A DNA stretch of 64,000 bases from Methanobacteriota archaeon (lineage in GTDB: Archaea; Halobacteriota; Bog-38; Methanoflorentales; Methanoflorentaceae): positions 64,001 through 128,000 of the forward strand of contig CAVRAO010000002.1 of assembly GCA_963719035.1 (NCBI GenBank), given 5' to 3'. Both the position numbers and the translations under genes were made by a program. Below are positions 42,509-53,838 of this stretch, in pieces. Positions within the stretch are counted from its first letter, which is position 1. Every line of letters begins with the position of its first letter. The notes beneath the pieces were generated by a model that saw only the letters and a program-made list of their open reading frames with translations, ran no database searches and was not told the DNA's origin.

Positions 42509-43786
42509 ATGAACGTGAGGATCTTGCAGTCCACGATTAACGGCAAGTTAGAGGCCCCTCCGTCCAAAAGCTACACGCACCGCGCCATAGTCATGGCCAG
42601 CTTGTCGAAGACCTCACGGGTCATTAAGCCTCTTATCTCTGAAGACACGTGCGCGACGGTGAAAGCGTGCGAGGCGATTGGTGCTAACATAAATCCTGTA
42701 GGTGATGTGTTTTTTGTCGATGGGGTGCAAGGAAAGCCCATAACGCCGGATAACGTTATCGACTGCCAGAACTCAGGGACGACGTTGAGATTCATGTTAG
42801 GGGTCTGTTCCTTGATTGATGGCACGACGGTTTTGACGGGTGACGCATCGTTAAGGGGCCGACCGAGCTCTCAACTCATCGACGCCCTTAATGAGCTCGG
42901 GGCAAATGTTACAGCGACGAAGGAAAACGGGATGGCGCCCGTGATCGTGCACGGCGTGCTTTCAGGGGGGAGATCAGCGCTTACGAATCCGATGAGCTCG
43001 CAGTTTTTGTCTACGCTTCTGATCGCTTGTCCTCTCTGTCAAGCTGACACGACCCTAAATGTACGCAATCTAAAGTCGCGGCCGTACGTCGATATGACGC
43101 TCGAACTACTGAACCAAGCACAGATCAACGTAAGCACCGACTACTACGAGTTTATGGTGCCATGTTGTCAGAACTATGCGGACACCGATTTTCTCATTCC
43201 CGGCGATTTTTCGTCCGCAGCATTCCATCTCAGTGCGGCTGCCATTACGAACTCACGGGTAAGTATACACAATCTCTTAGAATCGAAACAAGGGGATAAG
43301 CGAATTGTGTCTATCCTCAAAGAGATGGGGGCAAACATCTCGTGGGAACGTGATGTAGTTACTATTGACGGCGCTGAGCTTCGTGGCGTTACCATAGATG
43401 CGAGTGACATCCCAGATCTTGTTCCGATACTCGCGGTTCTAGGCGCTTACGCAGAAGGGACTACTGACATTTTCAACGTCGCAAATTTGCGCTACAAAGA
43501 AACAGATAGACTACTCGCTATTATTACTGAGCTCCGCAAGATGCAGGTGGACATCAAGCAAGCGGATGATATCCTAAGAATCAAGGGCGGGACGCCCAAA
43601 GGAGCTTCTTTAAGCGGATACGGGGACCATCGCATTGTTATGTCTCTCGCTGTTGCGGCGTTAGCGGCGGAAGGACAAACTCAGATTGACACCGCGGAAT
43701 CGGTTAAGGTATCTTATCCGGACTTTTTTGATGATATTTTTGCGCTAGGAGCTAATCTCGAGCCGATTAGCGCTGAATCCGTCTGA
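42509..43786 (+). CDS. aroA: 3-phosphoshikimate 1-carboxyvinyltransferase
   Basis: PPSKSYTHR, NSGTTLR, SSQF, KETDR, DHRI motifs. Confidence 0.96.
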   Translation: MNVRILQSTINGKLEAPPSKSYTHRAIVMASLSKTSRVIKPLISEDTCATVKACEAIGANINPVGDVFFVDGVQGKPITPDNVIDCQNSGTTLRFMLGVCSLIDGTTVLTGDASLRGRPSSQLIDALNELGANVTATKENGMAPVIVHGVLSGGRSALTNPMSSQFLSTLLIACPLCQADTTLNVRNLKSRPYVDMTLELLNQAQINVSTDYYEFMVPCCQNYADTDFLIPGDFSSAAFHLSAAAITNSRVSIHNLLESKQGDKRIVSILKEMGANISWERDVVTIDGAELRGVTIDASDIPDLVPILAVLGAYAEGTTDIFNVANLRYKETDRLLAIITELRKMQVDIKQADDILRIKGGTPKGASLSGYGDHRIVMSLAVAALAAEGQTQIDTAESVKVSYPDFFDDIFALGANLEPISAESV

Positions 43787-43810
43787 AGCTTATTGAGGGG
43801 GCTATCGTTT

Positions 43811-44899
43811 ATGAACACCTGGGGACGTATGTTTAGGGTAACCACTTGGGGTGAAAGTCATGGTCCTGCTACGGGGGTGGTCATCGACGGCTGCCCGGCA
43901 GGGTTGCCCTTAACTCACGAAGTTATCCAAAAGGAACTAGATCGCCGACGTCCGGGTCAAAGTACTGTGACCACGCAGCGATCTGAAAGTGATACGGCGC
44001 AGATATTTTCAGGCATTTTCGAAGACAAGACGCTTGGCACGCCGATCTCCGTTATGATACAAAACGAAGACGTCGACTCGCGTGCATATGATGAACTGCG
44101 TAACGTGCCGCGCCCAGGACACGCCGACTACACCTTTCACGCCAAGTATGGATGGCGAGATCACCGTGGCGGTGGGAGGGCGTCAGCACGTGAGACGGCG
44201 GCGCGTGTTGCTGCAGGAGCTGTGGCGAAGCAGTTACTCGCGCATCACGATATCCGAGTGCTTGGGCACGTGGTCGAAATTTACGGGATACAATCGAAGT
44301 TCGTTTTTGAGAGTCCGGAAGATTTGATGCTAGCCGAGAGGAGCATCGTGCGATGCTGCGACGCAGCTGCTTCTGATGAGATGGTCGCGTGTGTTGAACG
44401 TATGAAAAAGGCGGGCGACAGTGTCGGCGGAATTGCAGAAATCGTCGCCTTCAACGTTCCGACGGGAGTCGGTGAGCCTGTTTTTGGTAAATTAGACGCA
44501 GAACTGGCCAGGGCACTAATGAGTATTGGTGCCGTAAAGGCGGTTGAGATCGGTGCTGGCTCCAGCTCAGCACGACTTAAAGGAACAGAAATGAACGATC
44601 CGTTCACTGTAAAGGGCGGGCGGATTCTAACTAAAACGAACAAGGCTGGCGGAATTCTTGGCGGTATCTCTACAGGAGCTCCAATCATCTGTAGAATTAC
44701 GGTTAAACCGACGCCCTCAGTTGGAGGGCAGCAAACCTCAGTTGATTTAGAAACGTTACAGGAAGTCGATCTGTCTATTTCAGGCAGACACGATCCTTGC
44801 ATTTTGCCGAGAATAGTGCCAGTCGCCGAGGCTATGGTTGCGCTCGTGCTTGCCGACTTAATGATACAGGGTGGCTTTATCAATCCGGCGCGTGTCTGA
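43811..44899 (+). CDS. aroC: Chorismate synthase
   Basis: [27 protein letters not shown] motifs. Confidence 0.97.
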   Translation: MNTWGRMFRVTTWGESHGPATGVVIDGCPAGLPLTHEVIQKELDRRRPGQSTVTTQRSESDTAQIFSGIFEDKTLGTPISVMIQNEDVDSRAYDELRNVPRPGHADYTFHAKYGWRDHRGGGRASARETAARVAAGAVAKQLLAHHDIRVLGHVVEIYGIQSKFVFESPEDLMLAERSIVRCCDAAASDEMVACVERMKKAGDSVGGIAEIVAFNVPTGVGEPVFGKLDAELARALMSIGAVKAVEIGAGSSSARLKGTEMNDPFTVKGGRILTKTNKAGGILGGISTGAPIICRITVKPTPSVGGQQTSVDLETLQEVDLSISGRHDPCILPRIVPVAEAMVALVLADLMIQGGFINPARV

Positions 44900-45009
44900 A
44901 CGTTGCGCACTCAAGGTGCCCTCTACCGGGGGTTTCGTATTCAGGTTTTGGATCGCTTCACAAAACATAGCCAAGCGCCAAACTCGTTTTCTTGATCTCC
45001 AACAACTAT

Positions 45010-45046
45010 TTATCACGCTCTGTGATAAGAAGTGTGAACTCACACT
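45010..45046. promoter_or_regulatory. Two adjacent perfect inverted repeats upstream of cbiP (candidate operators)
   Basis: TTATCAC-N5-GTGATAA and AGTGTGA-N2-TCACACT. Confidence 0.4.
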
Positions 45047-45099
45047 CGCACATGCTGTGAAACGGAAATTGCAAGAAGCAGCGTTAGGTATCCTTGAAT

Positions 45100-46602
45100 A
45101 TGGCACGGTTTTTAATGATTAGTGGGACCGCTTCTCACGTTGGCAAGAGCGTTTTAACTGCTGCGCTGTGCAGGTTGTTGGTGAATAGCGGGTTCAAAGT
45201 GGCGCCTTTTAAGTCACAAAACATGAGCTTGAATTCGTGGGTGACGCAGCGCGGCGATGAGATTGGAATCGCCCAGGCAGTACAAGCGTGGGCTGCCAAA
45301 ATTGAGCCATCCGCTGACATGAATCCGATTTTGTTGAAGCCCAAGGGTGACTCGATATCACAAGTCATCTTACATGGAAAACCCTTAGGAGACCGGAGAG
45401 TTGGCGAGTACTACGATTCAGTCAATGTCATCTTTAAGCATGTTTGTTATTCGCTTGAAGCGCTTGCTCGTTCATACGAGATTGTTATAATCGAAGGTGC
45501 TGGCAGTCCCGCAGAGATCAACCTCTACGATCGGGATATAGCAAACATGCGAGTTGCTCAAAGTGTCGACGCTCCCGTGATCCTCATAGGCGATATCGAG
45601 CGAGGTGGTGTCTTTGCGAGCCTTTATGGGACTGTTCAATTGCTCCCCGTGGACGATCGGCGTCGGATTAAAGGCTTCATAATAAACAAATTCAGAGGTG
45701 ACGAAAAACTGCTTGAGTCGGGAGTGACGCAGCTCGAGACGCTCACAGGCATCCCCGTTCTCGGCATAATTCCTTATGTGAACGTACGGCTGCCTTCTGA
45801 AGATTCCGTTTCGCTTGGGGACAAGTTGCCCCCCTCAAACAGCGTTCTAGACATTGCAGTAATCAGGCTTCCACATATCTCGAATTTCACTGACTTTGAA
45901 CCCCTTCAGAACTTCGCCCGAATCCGGTATGTTTCGCTAGACGGCGATCTCGGTTCACCAGACGCGGTGATTATTCCTGGCACGAAAAACACCATCGACG
46001 ATTTGGCCGCAATGCGCCGGTCGGGGATGGATAAGCAGATCCTAGCGAATGCAGGTACGATTCCGATTATTGGCATCTGCGGTGGTTTTCAGATGCTCGG
46101 TGAATCGATAATTGATGAGGGCTTTGAGGGCACGCAAAACGAAAGGAAAGCAGCAGAAGGGTTACAACTGCTGCACGCCCATACCGTTTTTAACTCGCGT
46201 AGCAAAGAGACGAGACAGGTGGAAAAACACGTTACAGGATGCGGGCCACTGCTCGACAGCTTGAGAGGAAAAACAGTACGTGGATATGAAATTCATATGG
46301 GGGCTACTACATCTAATGTCACGATATTTGGAGACGATGGGGCGCAGGATGATACCGGTCTTGTCTTGGGCACCTACTTGCACGGATTGTTCCACAACGA
46401 CAACTTTCGCTCCATTTTGTTGGAGTACCTAAACTCAAGACATTCGCAGCTGGGGAAAGGAATGTACCGCAACACCCTCTTGCGAACTGATCAGGAGCGC
46501 ACTCTTCACTCAGATAACGCTGGAGATCTCTATGATGAGTTGGCTCGCGTAATGCAGCAACACGTAGATATGGAAGTGTTGTACTCAATCATTGGATTAT
46601 GA
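45100..46602 (+). CDS. cbiP: Cobyric acid synthase
   Basis: GTASHVGKS, FKSQNMS, EGAGSPAE, GICGGFQMLG, GTYLHG motifs. Confidence 0.95.
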   Translation: MARFLMISGTASHVGKSVLTAALCRLLVNSGFKVAPFKSQNMSLNSWVTQRGDEIGIAQAVQAWAAKIEPSADMNPILLKPKGDSISQVILHGKPLGDRRVGEYYDSVNVIFKHVCYSLEALARSYEIVIIEGAGSPAEINLYDRDIANMRVAQSVDAPVILIGDIERGGVFASLYGTVQLLPVDDRRRIKGFIINKFRGDEKLLESGVTQLETLTGIPVLGIIPYVNVRLPSEDSVSLGDKLPPSNSVLDIAVIRLPHISNFTDFEPLQNFARIRYVSLDGDLGSPDAVIIPGTKNTIDDLAAMRRSGMDKQILANAGTIPIIGICGGFQMLGESIIDEGFEGTQNERKAAEGLQLLHAHTVFNSRSKETRQVEKHVTGCGPLLDSLRGKTVRGYEIHMGATTSNVTIFGDDGAQDDTGLVLGTYLHGLFHNDNFRSILLEYLNSRHSQLGKGMYRNTLLRTDQERTLHSDNAGDLYDELARVMQQHVDMEVLYSIIGL

Positions 46603-46605
46603 GAA

Positions 46606-47568
46606 ATGCCTTCTTGGCTCCTCCTCCAGATCTATATTCTTTCCCTTGCGTTGATATTTGACGCTTTTGTCGGCGAACCTCCTGCTCAGGTTCACCCTGT
46701 CGTTTGGATGGGGCGAATCATCGCGGCACTGGAGACGCGACTGTACAAGGGAGATAAGCGCGCTCAAAGACTCAAGGGCACGGCTGCAGCAACAATCGTG
46801 ATTGCAGGCTTTACTGTGCCTGTCGCGCTTTTTCAATTGCTCGGCTATCGCGTAGCAAGCGTGAACGAACTATTAGTGCCACTCTATGTTGTGCTGAGTG
46901 CTTACTTGCTCAAGTCATCCTTCACCGTATTCACGCTGCAGAAAGAAGCCCTTCGCGTGACTGATCTAGCCTACACAGAAATAGAGGCGGCTCGGTTCCA
47001 GTTGCGAGCACTCGTTAGCAGGGACAGGGCGGGGCTCAATCGTGAGTGCATCCTTTCGAGCGTATGTGAATCGGTAGCGGAGAACACCGTCGACAGTGTT
47101 GTTTCTCCTCTTTTGTTCTTTGCCGTTTTTGGCGTCGCCGGTGCCATATTTTATCGTGCTGTGAACACGCTCGATTCGATGCTAGGCTATAGAGATCACC
47201 GAGAACATGTAGGACTATTTTCAGCTAGATTGGACGATATTCTCAACTACCTGCCGACGCGCCTTGCAATCGTCCCTATGATGCTAGGGTTCTTCGTGAT
47301 GTCAGGAAAAGCGGCATGTGTTAAAGCGTGGACTGTTTTAAAACGGGATCGACGTAAGAAGCGAGCAGTCAACTCTGGCATCCCTGTCGCCTTGTTCGCG
47401 GGAGGTTTGGGCGTGACGCTAATAAAGCCTTTAAGCTATGAAATAGGCGAAGGAAAAGGCGACATCACACGAACAACCGTTACTCGCGCGTTAGACGTCA
47501 TGCTCTTCACGTCGATGTTTGCGGTCGCACTCACGGTCGTTTTGTTGGTCGGACGAACGGTGACGTAG
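46606..47568 (+). CDS. cbiB: Adenosylcobinamide-phosphate synthase
   Basis: HPVVWMG, ESVAEN..D, NTLDSM.GY, RLDD motifs. Confidence 0.93.
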   Translation: MPSWLLLQIYILSLALIFDAFVGEPPAQVHPVVWMGRIIAALETRLYKGDKRAQRLKGTAAATIVIAGFTVPVALFQLLGYRVASVNELLVPLYVVLSAYLLKSSFTVFTLQKEALRVTDLAYTEIEAARFQLRALVSRDRAGLNRECILSSVCESVAENTVDSVVSPLLFFAVFGVAGAIFYRAVNTLDSMLGYRDHREHVGLFSARLDDILNYLPTRLAIVPMMLGFFVMSGKAACVKAWTVLKRDRRKKRAVNSGIPVALFAGGLGVTLIKPLSYEIGEGKGDITRTTVTRALDVMLFTSMFAVALTVVLLVGRTVT

Positions 47569-47642
47569 CGGCCCACGATTGAAGATACGTGGCGCAATAA
47601 CGCAAACAAGTTAAACTAGAAACGCAAAGTTGTATCCCATAC

Positions 47643-48137
47643 ATGCTTCAAGGGGTTGAGATGAGACCGCTCACCAAACGCGCAGATGAGCGAGGATTCT
47701 TCACAGAATTAGTTAGAAAAGACTGGATAGCTAATGATTCACTCCAGCAATGCAATTTCTCAATCACTTATCCCGGCGTCGTTAGGGCGTGGCATCGACA
47801 CACTCGGGGACAGACTGACCTCTTCGTCGTTCTGAGCGGTGCCGTCAAGCTTTGTGCATTTGACGATGAGACGGCAGAACTCAATGAGATTATTCTTACA
47901 AGCGACGTCTTACAGTTAGCTCGTATTCCCGGACAATATTGGCACGGGTTTAAAACCCTCGGTGAACAACGTGCCTTTCTTGTGTATTTCGTTAACAGGC
48001 TCTACGACTACGTGGCACCTGACGAAGAGCGACGCCCTTGGGACGATCCAACCGTACGTCCCGCACTCATAAATGGAAGTGCACAGGATCAGCGTTGTGG
48101 TAAGTCGTGGGACTGGATGGATACTCGCTTCAAATAG
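47643..48137 (+). CDS. dTDP-4-dehydrorhamnose 3,5-epimerase family (cupin)
   Basis: DERGFFTE, VVRAWH, HGF motifs. Confidence 0.85.
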   Translation: MLQGVEMRPLTKRADERGFFTELVRKDWIANDSLQQCNFSITYPGVVRAWHRHTRGQTDLFVVLSGAVKLCAFDDETAELNEIILTSDVLQLARIPGQYWHGFKTLGEQRAFLVYFVNRLYDYVAPDEERRPWDDPTVRPALINGSAQDQRCGKSWDWMDTRFK

Positions 48138-48206
48138 CAAAAAGGAGCACAATGACGCTCGCTTGTCAAACTCGAAATATGCGATTAAAAAAGTTAGGAG
48201 GCGCAA

Positions 48207-48413
48207 ATGACTGAATTACCCATAGCTCCCGTTGATAGAATTCTTCGAAAGGCGGGCGCGGAACGCGTGAGCCAAGAGGCAGCTGAAGCACTTGCCAATG
48301 TCATGGAAAACTACGTGATCGATCTCACTGAACGAGCTTTGATATTGGCACAGCACGCGGGAAGGAAGACGATTCGCGTCGATGACGTCCGCTTAGCCGC
48401 ATCGCGAAGTTAA
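48207..48413 (+). CDS. Archaeal histone (HMf type)
   Basis: ELPIAPVDRI...GAERVS...HAGRKTI. Confidence 0.96.
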   Translation: MTELPIAPVDRILRKAGAERVSQEAAEALANVMENYVIDLTERALILAQHAGRKTIRVDDVRLAASRS

Positions 48414-48414
48414 G

Positions 48415-48702
48415 ATGGATCTTGCAGAAATACAAAAGCAAATCGAAGTCAGGTATGGCACGATTGATAAGGCCTCTGGCTCACTCTTTCTTCTATCGGT
48501 CCTCTTAGAGGAATGCGGAGAGCTTGCCACTGCTGTTCGACACAAAGAAGCGACAGCCAAGGATGAGGTTGTAGACGTAATCTTTTGCGCGCTTTCGATC
48601 GCAAATTTGCTTGCGGCGGATGTCGATCACTTGCTACAAGAAAAGTACCTGCAAAAGCGGCTCGACGAAGTAACGAAAACTTGGACCGACATTCCGAAAT
48701 AA
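48415..48702 (+). CDS. MazG-like nucleotide pyrophosphohydrolase
   Basis: EECGELA...DEVVD motif. Confidence 0.8.
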   Translation: MDLAEIQKQIEVRYGTIDKASGSLFLLSVLLEECGELATAVRHKEATAKDEVVDVIFCALSIANLLAADVDHLLQEKYLQKRLDEVTKTWTDIPK

Positions 48703-48795
48703 TGACGCATCGCGCAGAAGCCTACGTTAGTTCGCTAAAACATATTAGTCCGGCAGAAAAAGCAACTTAGGCGAAGCAAATGCGTAGGGTTTTAG

Positions 48796-49998
48796 CTACT
48801 TGCGCTCAGGACACAAAACCCTTCGATATGACTTTTCGGGAAAGATTCGTTGCCAAACGAGGCTTTTTGCTGCTGCCGCGGTTAGTTCATTGAGCGGCAG
48901 TTGTGTTTCCAATGCTTTCATTTCGAAAAGATCTGCATTAGTAGTCGGGTGTCGGTGCGCAGCCCTGCAGACTGTGGAGTGACCAGCCGTCGACAAATGG
49001 TAAGTTCCGATATGTCGCGCTTTCTTTATGCTTTCTGTCTTATCAAGACCTACCAACGGACGGTACACAGGAACATCAGAAGCTTCGTCGATGGCCAAGA
49101 GGTTTTTGGTCGTTTGGCTTGCGACTTGGCCAATGCTCTCACCAGTTACGATACCATGCGCGTGCTCTTCTTTAGCGATCGATGCTGCGATCCTATACAT
49201 CATTCTCTTACAAAGCACGCAGCTTGTTCGTGGGGCTAAACTCTTAAACTGATTTAAATTAGCTCCATGGTGAACTATTCCGAGATTTAAAGGACGTCCC
49301 GCCCACACTGCGAGTGCTTTGACAACAGCCAGTGCCCGCTCGCGTTCGGCGTTGCCTGTGTAGGGCTCACAGTCGAAAAACAGTGGGATGATGGTGCAAC
49401 CGCGCTTCATCATAAGCCACGCTGCCACCGGCGAATCTATCCCTCCAGAAAGGAGGACTATCACTTTTCCTTGAGTTCCTAGTGGAAGACCTCCAACTCC
49501 GTCGATGAACTCTGTGTAGATGTAAGCGCGTTCCGCCCTCACTTCGATGAACAGTTCGACATCAGGTTTTGTCAACCGCACCGGCGCGGTTGTTGCTTGT
49601 TCGATTACCCCCCCGACAACAACACCAATATCTTTGCTTGAGTAGTCATGCGTTCCTGTTCGACGTGCTCGAATTGCAAATGATTTGCCCTGAGTAAGCA
49701 GCGGCGATATTATTTGTAAAGCAGCGTCTTTCATCGCGTCCAGTGTCGCTGTGCTCGTTTGGACAGGGCTTACTGAGACCACTCCAAAAACACGTGCTAT
49801 GGTCAGAGCTGCCGCTACGTCTTGCGTTTGAACGAAAATACGGCCAAAATCTCTGACAACAGCATCAAACGGGATTTCGCAAAAGCTGAGCGCTTTTTCT
49901 ATATTTTTAACAAGCGCGCTTTCATACCGACTTCTAACTCTATCGCTTTTGATCCCAATTTCACCATATCGGACTAAGATAGAATCGATTTTCTGCAT
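48796..49998 (-). CDS. thiI: tRNA 4-thiouridine synthase ThiI
   Basis: RYGEI..K, THUMP domain, SGGIDSPVA, CxxC, GES.GQVASQT. Confidence 0.93.
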   Translation of the reverse strand: MQKIDSILVRYGEIGIKSDRVRSRYESALVKNIEKALSFCEIPFDAVVRDFGRIFVQTQDVAAALTIARVFGVVSVSPVQTSTATLDAMKDAALQIISPLLTQGKSFAIRARRTGTHDYSSKDIGVVVGGVIEQATTAPVRLTKPDVELFIEVRAERAYIYTEFIDGVGGLPLGTQGKVIVLLSGGIDSPVAAWLMMKRGCTIIPLFFDCEPYTGNAERERALAVVKALAVWAGRPLNLGIVHHGANLNQFKSLAPRTSCVLCKRMMYRIAASIAKEEHAHGIVTGESIGQVASQTTKNLLAIDEASDVPVYRPLVGLDKTESIKKARHIGTYHLSTAGHSTVCRAAHRHPTTNADLFEMKALETQLPLNELTAAAAKSLVWQRIFPEKSYRRVLCPERK

Positions 49999-50385
49999 CG
50001 CTTTGTTTACTATCTCTCAGTCATTCAAATCAGGTATCGTGTTAAGAGTTATCACATCTGTTTACGAGTTACTGCGCAGTGAAATAGTTCGTTGTGATAA
50101 TAGTGGCCCAGTCACATCTATAGTCAGCTATTTTAAATGATAAGCATAGGGCATTCAGATATTGAGGAATATTAACGTCTTGCGACTACATTTATCTACA
50201 ACTGAAACAAGGAGACTCAGTGAACGGAATGCTGCTTGTGATTTTTTTTAAAATGAGCCTAGCCTTGGTGTAGGAGTAATACCGCTTTAAGTTTTTTTTT
50301 GGGCTCCGTTCGAAGCCAATTGTTACTAAGTCGTTGTCCAAGTGAACGTGTAAAGCATTTATATGTGTTTAACATAGTATGCGTG

Positions 50386-50481
50386 GCCGCCGTGGCTAAG
50401 CTCGGCATAGCGGCTGATTCGTATTTGAGCGCTGCTCAAAGAATTATCAGCAGATCGAGGGTTCAAATCCCTCCGGCGGCT
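50386..50481 (+). tRNA. tRNA-Thr(CGT) with 22-nt intron at 37/38 (50424-50445)
   Basis: GCTGA-TTCGTA[TTTGAGCGCTGCTCAAAGAATT]A-TCAGC; TATA-like TTTATA about 25 nt upstream. Confidence 0.9.
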
Positions 50482-50614
50482 TATTCAAAGTACTCATTAC
50501 CTTAAGACGCGTGCAATGCCGCGTCAATGTCTATGAAAGCATGAAGCAAAGAATCAATATAATGCGTGTGAAAATACATAAAGTTTATCATCCATAAAGG
50601 CAATCCGCAAAACG

Positions 50615-50755
50615 ATGGCAGACGAGGGGAAGCGTCAGAGTATGAAGGAGGACATAATCGAGCAAATTGAGAAACTCGATGTGTTACGTGAGAAAGGCTT
50701 TATCACTAGCGATGCCTACGAAAAGCGAAAAACCGAGTTACTCGAACTTCTCTGA
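50615..50755 (+). CDS. Stand-alone SHOCT-domain microprotein (46 aa), not in ORF track
   Basis: EQIEKLDVLREKGFITSDAYEKRKTELL fits the SHOCT pattern L..L..L...G.IT..E(F/Y)...K..LL. Confidence 0.75.
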   Translation: MADEGKRQSMKEDIIEQIEKLDVLREKGFITSDAYEKRKTELLELL

Positions 50756-50777
50756 AGGTGCGTATCGACCCCTTTTT

Positions 50778-52098
50778 TCACTTGAGCCCTTGTTTCCTCA
50801 AGAACTTTTGCATATCTTTTTGCGAGCGAACGCCTTTCAACGTTCGTTGCATCACCTTATGGTATTTCAGGAGCTCGCGTACGTTATCAGAAGGGACGCC
50901 CGAGCCGCGAGCGATCCGCTTGATGCGTGAACTGCGAATTATGCGTGGATGTTCGAGCTCTTCGTCAGTCATTGAATCCATGACAACTCTGAAACGCTCT
51001 AGGCTCTCTTTAGTCGATTGAAGCGCAGCATCGGGGATATCGACGCCGAGCGACCCAAGCGGGAGCATTTGGACGATTTTGGCAAGAGGCCCCATCTTGC
51101 CTATCGCTTCCATCTGTTTGTACATATCTTTCAGCGTAAAATCGCCTTTAAGCATCGCTTCTGCTTCTTCCATCTCGATGGGTGGCTCTTCTTCGATCAT
51201 TTCAACCAAAGTCTTGATATCTCCCATGCCAAGCAGCCGCGATATGAATCGGTCCGGTTCGAACTTTTCGAAGTCGTCAACCGTTTCACCAGTCCCGATA
51301 AACGCTATGCCAGTCCCAACCTCAGCAACTGCTGAAAGGGCACCACCCCCTTTCGCGGTCCCGTCGAGCTTTGTCACTATAACTCCCGTTAAGCCAATCG
51401 CTTCGTTGAATGCTCGCGCTTGCTCGCTCGCTTGCTGACCAATGCCAGAATCGAGCACTAGGAGGCGCTCGTCAGCGTTCGCTATCTCGTTGATGGCCTT
51501 CATTTCGAGAACGAGATCTGATTCGAGCGCATGCCGCCCTGCTGTATCGACGAGAATAACATCATAGCGCTTGAGCTCAGCGATGCCGTGGGCTGTTATT
51601 TCGACTGCGTTCTTGTTCTCTAATTCACCGTAAAAAGGTACGCCGATCCTCGCACACAGCTGCGAGAGCTGGTCAAAAGCTCCGGGGCGGAAGGTGTCAG
51701 CGCAGATAACAGCAACTTTCAAGCCCTTTTTTTGAAAAAATCGGGCGAGCTTAACCGTAGTCGTCGTCTTGCCGCTACCCTGAAGTCCGACTAGGATTAC
51801 GGGCATGATGGGTGAGCCGAACTGATATTGGTTCACCAAGGAGCGCAACAAGCTCTTGGTAAACTATGTTTATGACGTGTTGACGAGGATTCAGTTTCCC
51901 TGAGAGCTCTTCTTTCAACGCCCGTTCCTTAATTCGTTTCGACAGCTGCTGTACGAGAGCGACATTCACGTCAGCGCTAAGGAGCGCTCTTTGAATGTCC
52001 CTCACGACTTCATTGAGCGTTTTTTCGTCGATGCGGTTAGCTCGAGCTAGTTTTTTGAGCGTATCGCGGAGCGAGCTGCTTAGACCCTCCATTACCAT
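50778..52098 (-). CDS. srp54: Signal recognition particle protein SRP54, frameshift near 51810
   Basis: ALLSADVN N-domain; [19 protein letters not shown]; M-domain. Confidence 0.95.
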
Positions 52099-53219
52099 TT
52101 AAGCATCCGCCTCGTCAAATAATCTGGTCATAAGCCACTGGGGGTCAAACTTGATGATATCTTCGTAGTTCTGTCCCACACCCAAAAAGAGAATTGGCTT
52201 GTTCGTTGCGTGTGCTATTGAGATAGCGGTGCCTCCTTTTGAATCGGCATCAACCTTGGTGAGAATCGATCCGTCGATTGCCATTGTTGTGTTGAACTGA
52301 AGAGCGCGCTCAACTGCGTCGTTTCCCGCGAGGGCTTCGTCGACAAAAACCACTAAATCGGCGTCTATGACCCTCTCAATTTTTTTAAGTTGGTTCATCA
52401 GGTTGACGTTAGTGTGGATTCTCCCGGCAGTATCTGCCAGGACGACGTCCTTGTGTTTCGCTCGTGCATATTGTACCGCATCGTAGATTACCGCTGCAGG
52501 GTCAGCTCCTTGTTTGTGTTTAACGAGTTTTACCCCTAAGTTCTCGGCGTGGCGCGCAATTTGCTCAAGAGCACCGGCTCGGTACGTGTCACCTGCAGCA
52601 AGTACGACGCTATAACCTTGATTTTTAAGGCGGTAAGCCACTTTTGCAATCGTTGTGGTTTTACCCGTTCCATTTATCCCGGTAAAAACGATGGTGACGG
52701 GTTTCGGAGTGTTTTTGATGATTTCATCGAAATCAAGGCCATTGACATCGAGGACTTTTAAAATTCCATCGCGGAGCGCTTGTTCGACGAGAGCCCCTAC
52801 GTCTTGGCGCCATTTTCTCTTAGTGCCAACAAGCTCTTTCTTTACGGTCTCAACGATTTCTTCAGAGACCGATACGGCAACGTCGCTTTCAAGGAGTGCA
52901 ATCTCAAGGTCCCAAAGGGCCTCTTCAAGGTCCTTACCTTTAATTTTTCGTTCAAAAAGGGACTTGTCGCTCGCGGATTTCTGCCGTTGCTCGGTTCAAC
53001 GCGCTGTTGAGGTTGCTCGACAGATTTAGAAGCAAGTCCTACTATCTCAGCGTTAACGATCTGTGGTGTCGTCGGTTCACACGATATCTCTTCTGTCGCC
53101 TTACCAGATGGGGTTTCTTCACTCTCTGCGGCTTCGATAGCCTCGTTGTTCAGCTCGCTTTCCGTGGCGCTAACGCTCTCTTTAAATATATTGAGCTTTT
53201 TTCTTAAGCTCTCAAACAT
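52099..53219 (-). CDS. ftsY: SRP receptor FtsY, frameshift near 52990
   Basis: Acidic N-terminus; LLESDVA, GINGTGKTTT, DTAGR, TKVD are contiguous in the 3' frame. Confidence 0.93.
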
Positions 53220-53645
53220 TTAAGGTTCCGCCTGTAACTGCGATTGAACTGCTTGCAACTGCGATTGTAGTGAGTAGATTTGGGAACCGATCTGGTTTAG
53301 CCTAGCGGCGAATTGTCCTTGCATCTCAGTCAGTTTTTTCTTCCGCTCAGTGAGATATGACACGGCATCAGCAACGTCTACTTCAGCGGAGACGTTTGCT
53401 CCAAGCCCTATTATAACTCTGTCTGTTTGAGGAATGGTGCCATAGACGAATGAGTTCGCTCCAATTGTTATGAGTGTCTCTTTGCCTACATCAGGTTTCG
53501 AAAGTGCTTCAACGGTGGCAACTGCATTATCTATCTCGCTTATGGTGAAACTGACGAGCTCCATCTGTTGTTCATAGGCACGGGCTTCTGCCTCAGATTG
53601 TTGCAGTTGGCCGAGCAACACGCGTATTTCTTGTTCGCTTGCCAT
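53220..53645 (-). CDS. pfdA: Prefoldin subunit alpha
   Basis: Coiled coils flanking beta hairpins; conserved position between LX and ftsY. Confidence 0.9.
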   Translation of the reverse strand: MASEQEIRVLLGQLQQSEAEARAYEQQMELVSFTISEIDNAVATVEALSKPDVGKETLITIGANSFVYGTIPQTDRVIIGLGANVSAEVDVADAVSYLTERKKKLTEMQGQFAARLNQIGSQIYSLQSQLQAVQSQLQAEP

Positions 53646-53649
53646 GATA

Positions 53650-53838
53650 TCACGCGTCTTCCATTAAAATAGATTCAATGCGAATTAGGTTCCGCTTCAA
53701 GCCGTGTTCGCTGCCAATGAGGGAGTAGAGCTTTTCGGCGGCATTTTTCTCGTTATTGCTCGAGACTCTTTTTGTAAAACGTTCCCACGAACGCCCTGCT
53801 TTAAAGGAACCCGTTATTTGAAAGTTTTTTGTTTCCAT
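53650..53838 (-). CDS. rpl18a: 50S ribosomal protein L18Ae/LX
   Basis: YSLIGSEHGLKRNLI.I motif; operon position. Confidence 0.9.
   Translation of the reverse strand: METKNFQITGSFKAGRSWERFTKRVSSNNEKNAAEKLYSLIGSEHGLKRNLIRIESILMEDA

Noticed and set aside
44281-44910. 209-aa antisense ORF
   Set aside because: Shadow of aroC with no protein motifs
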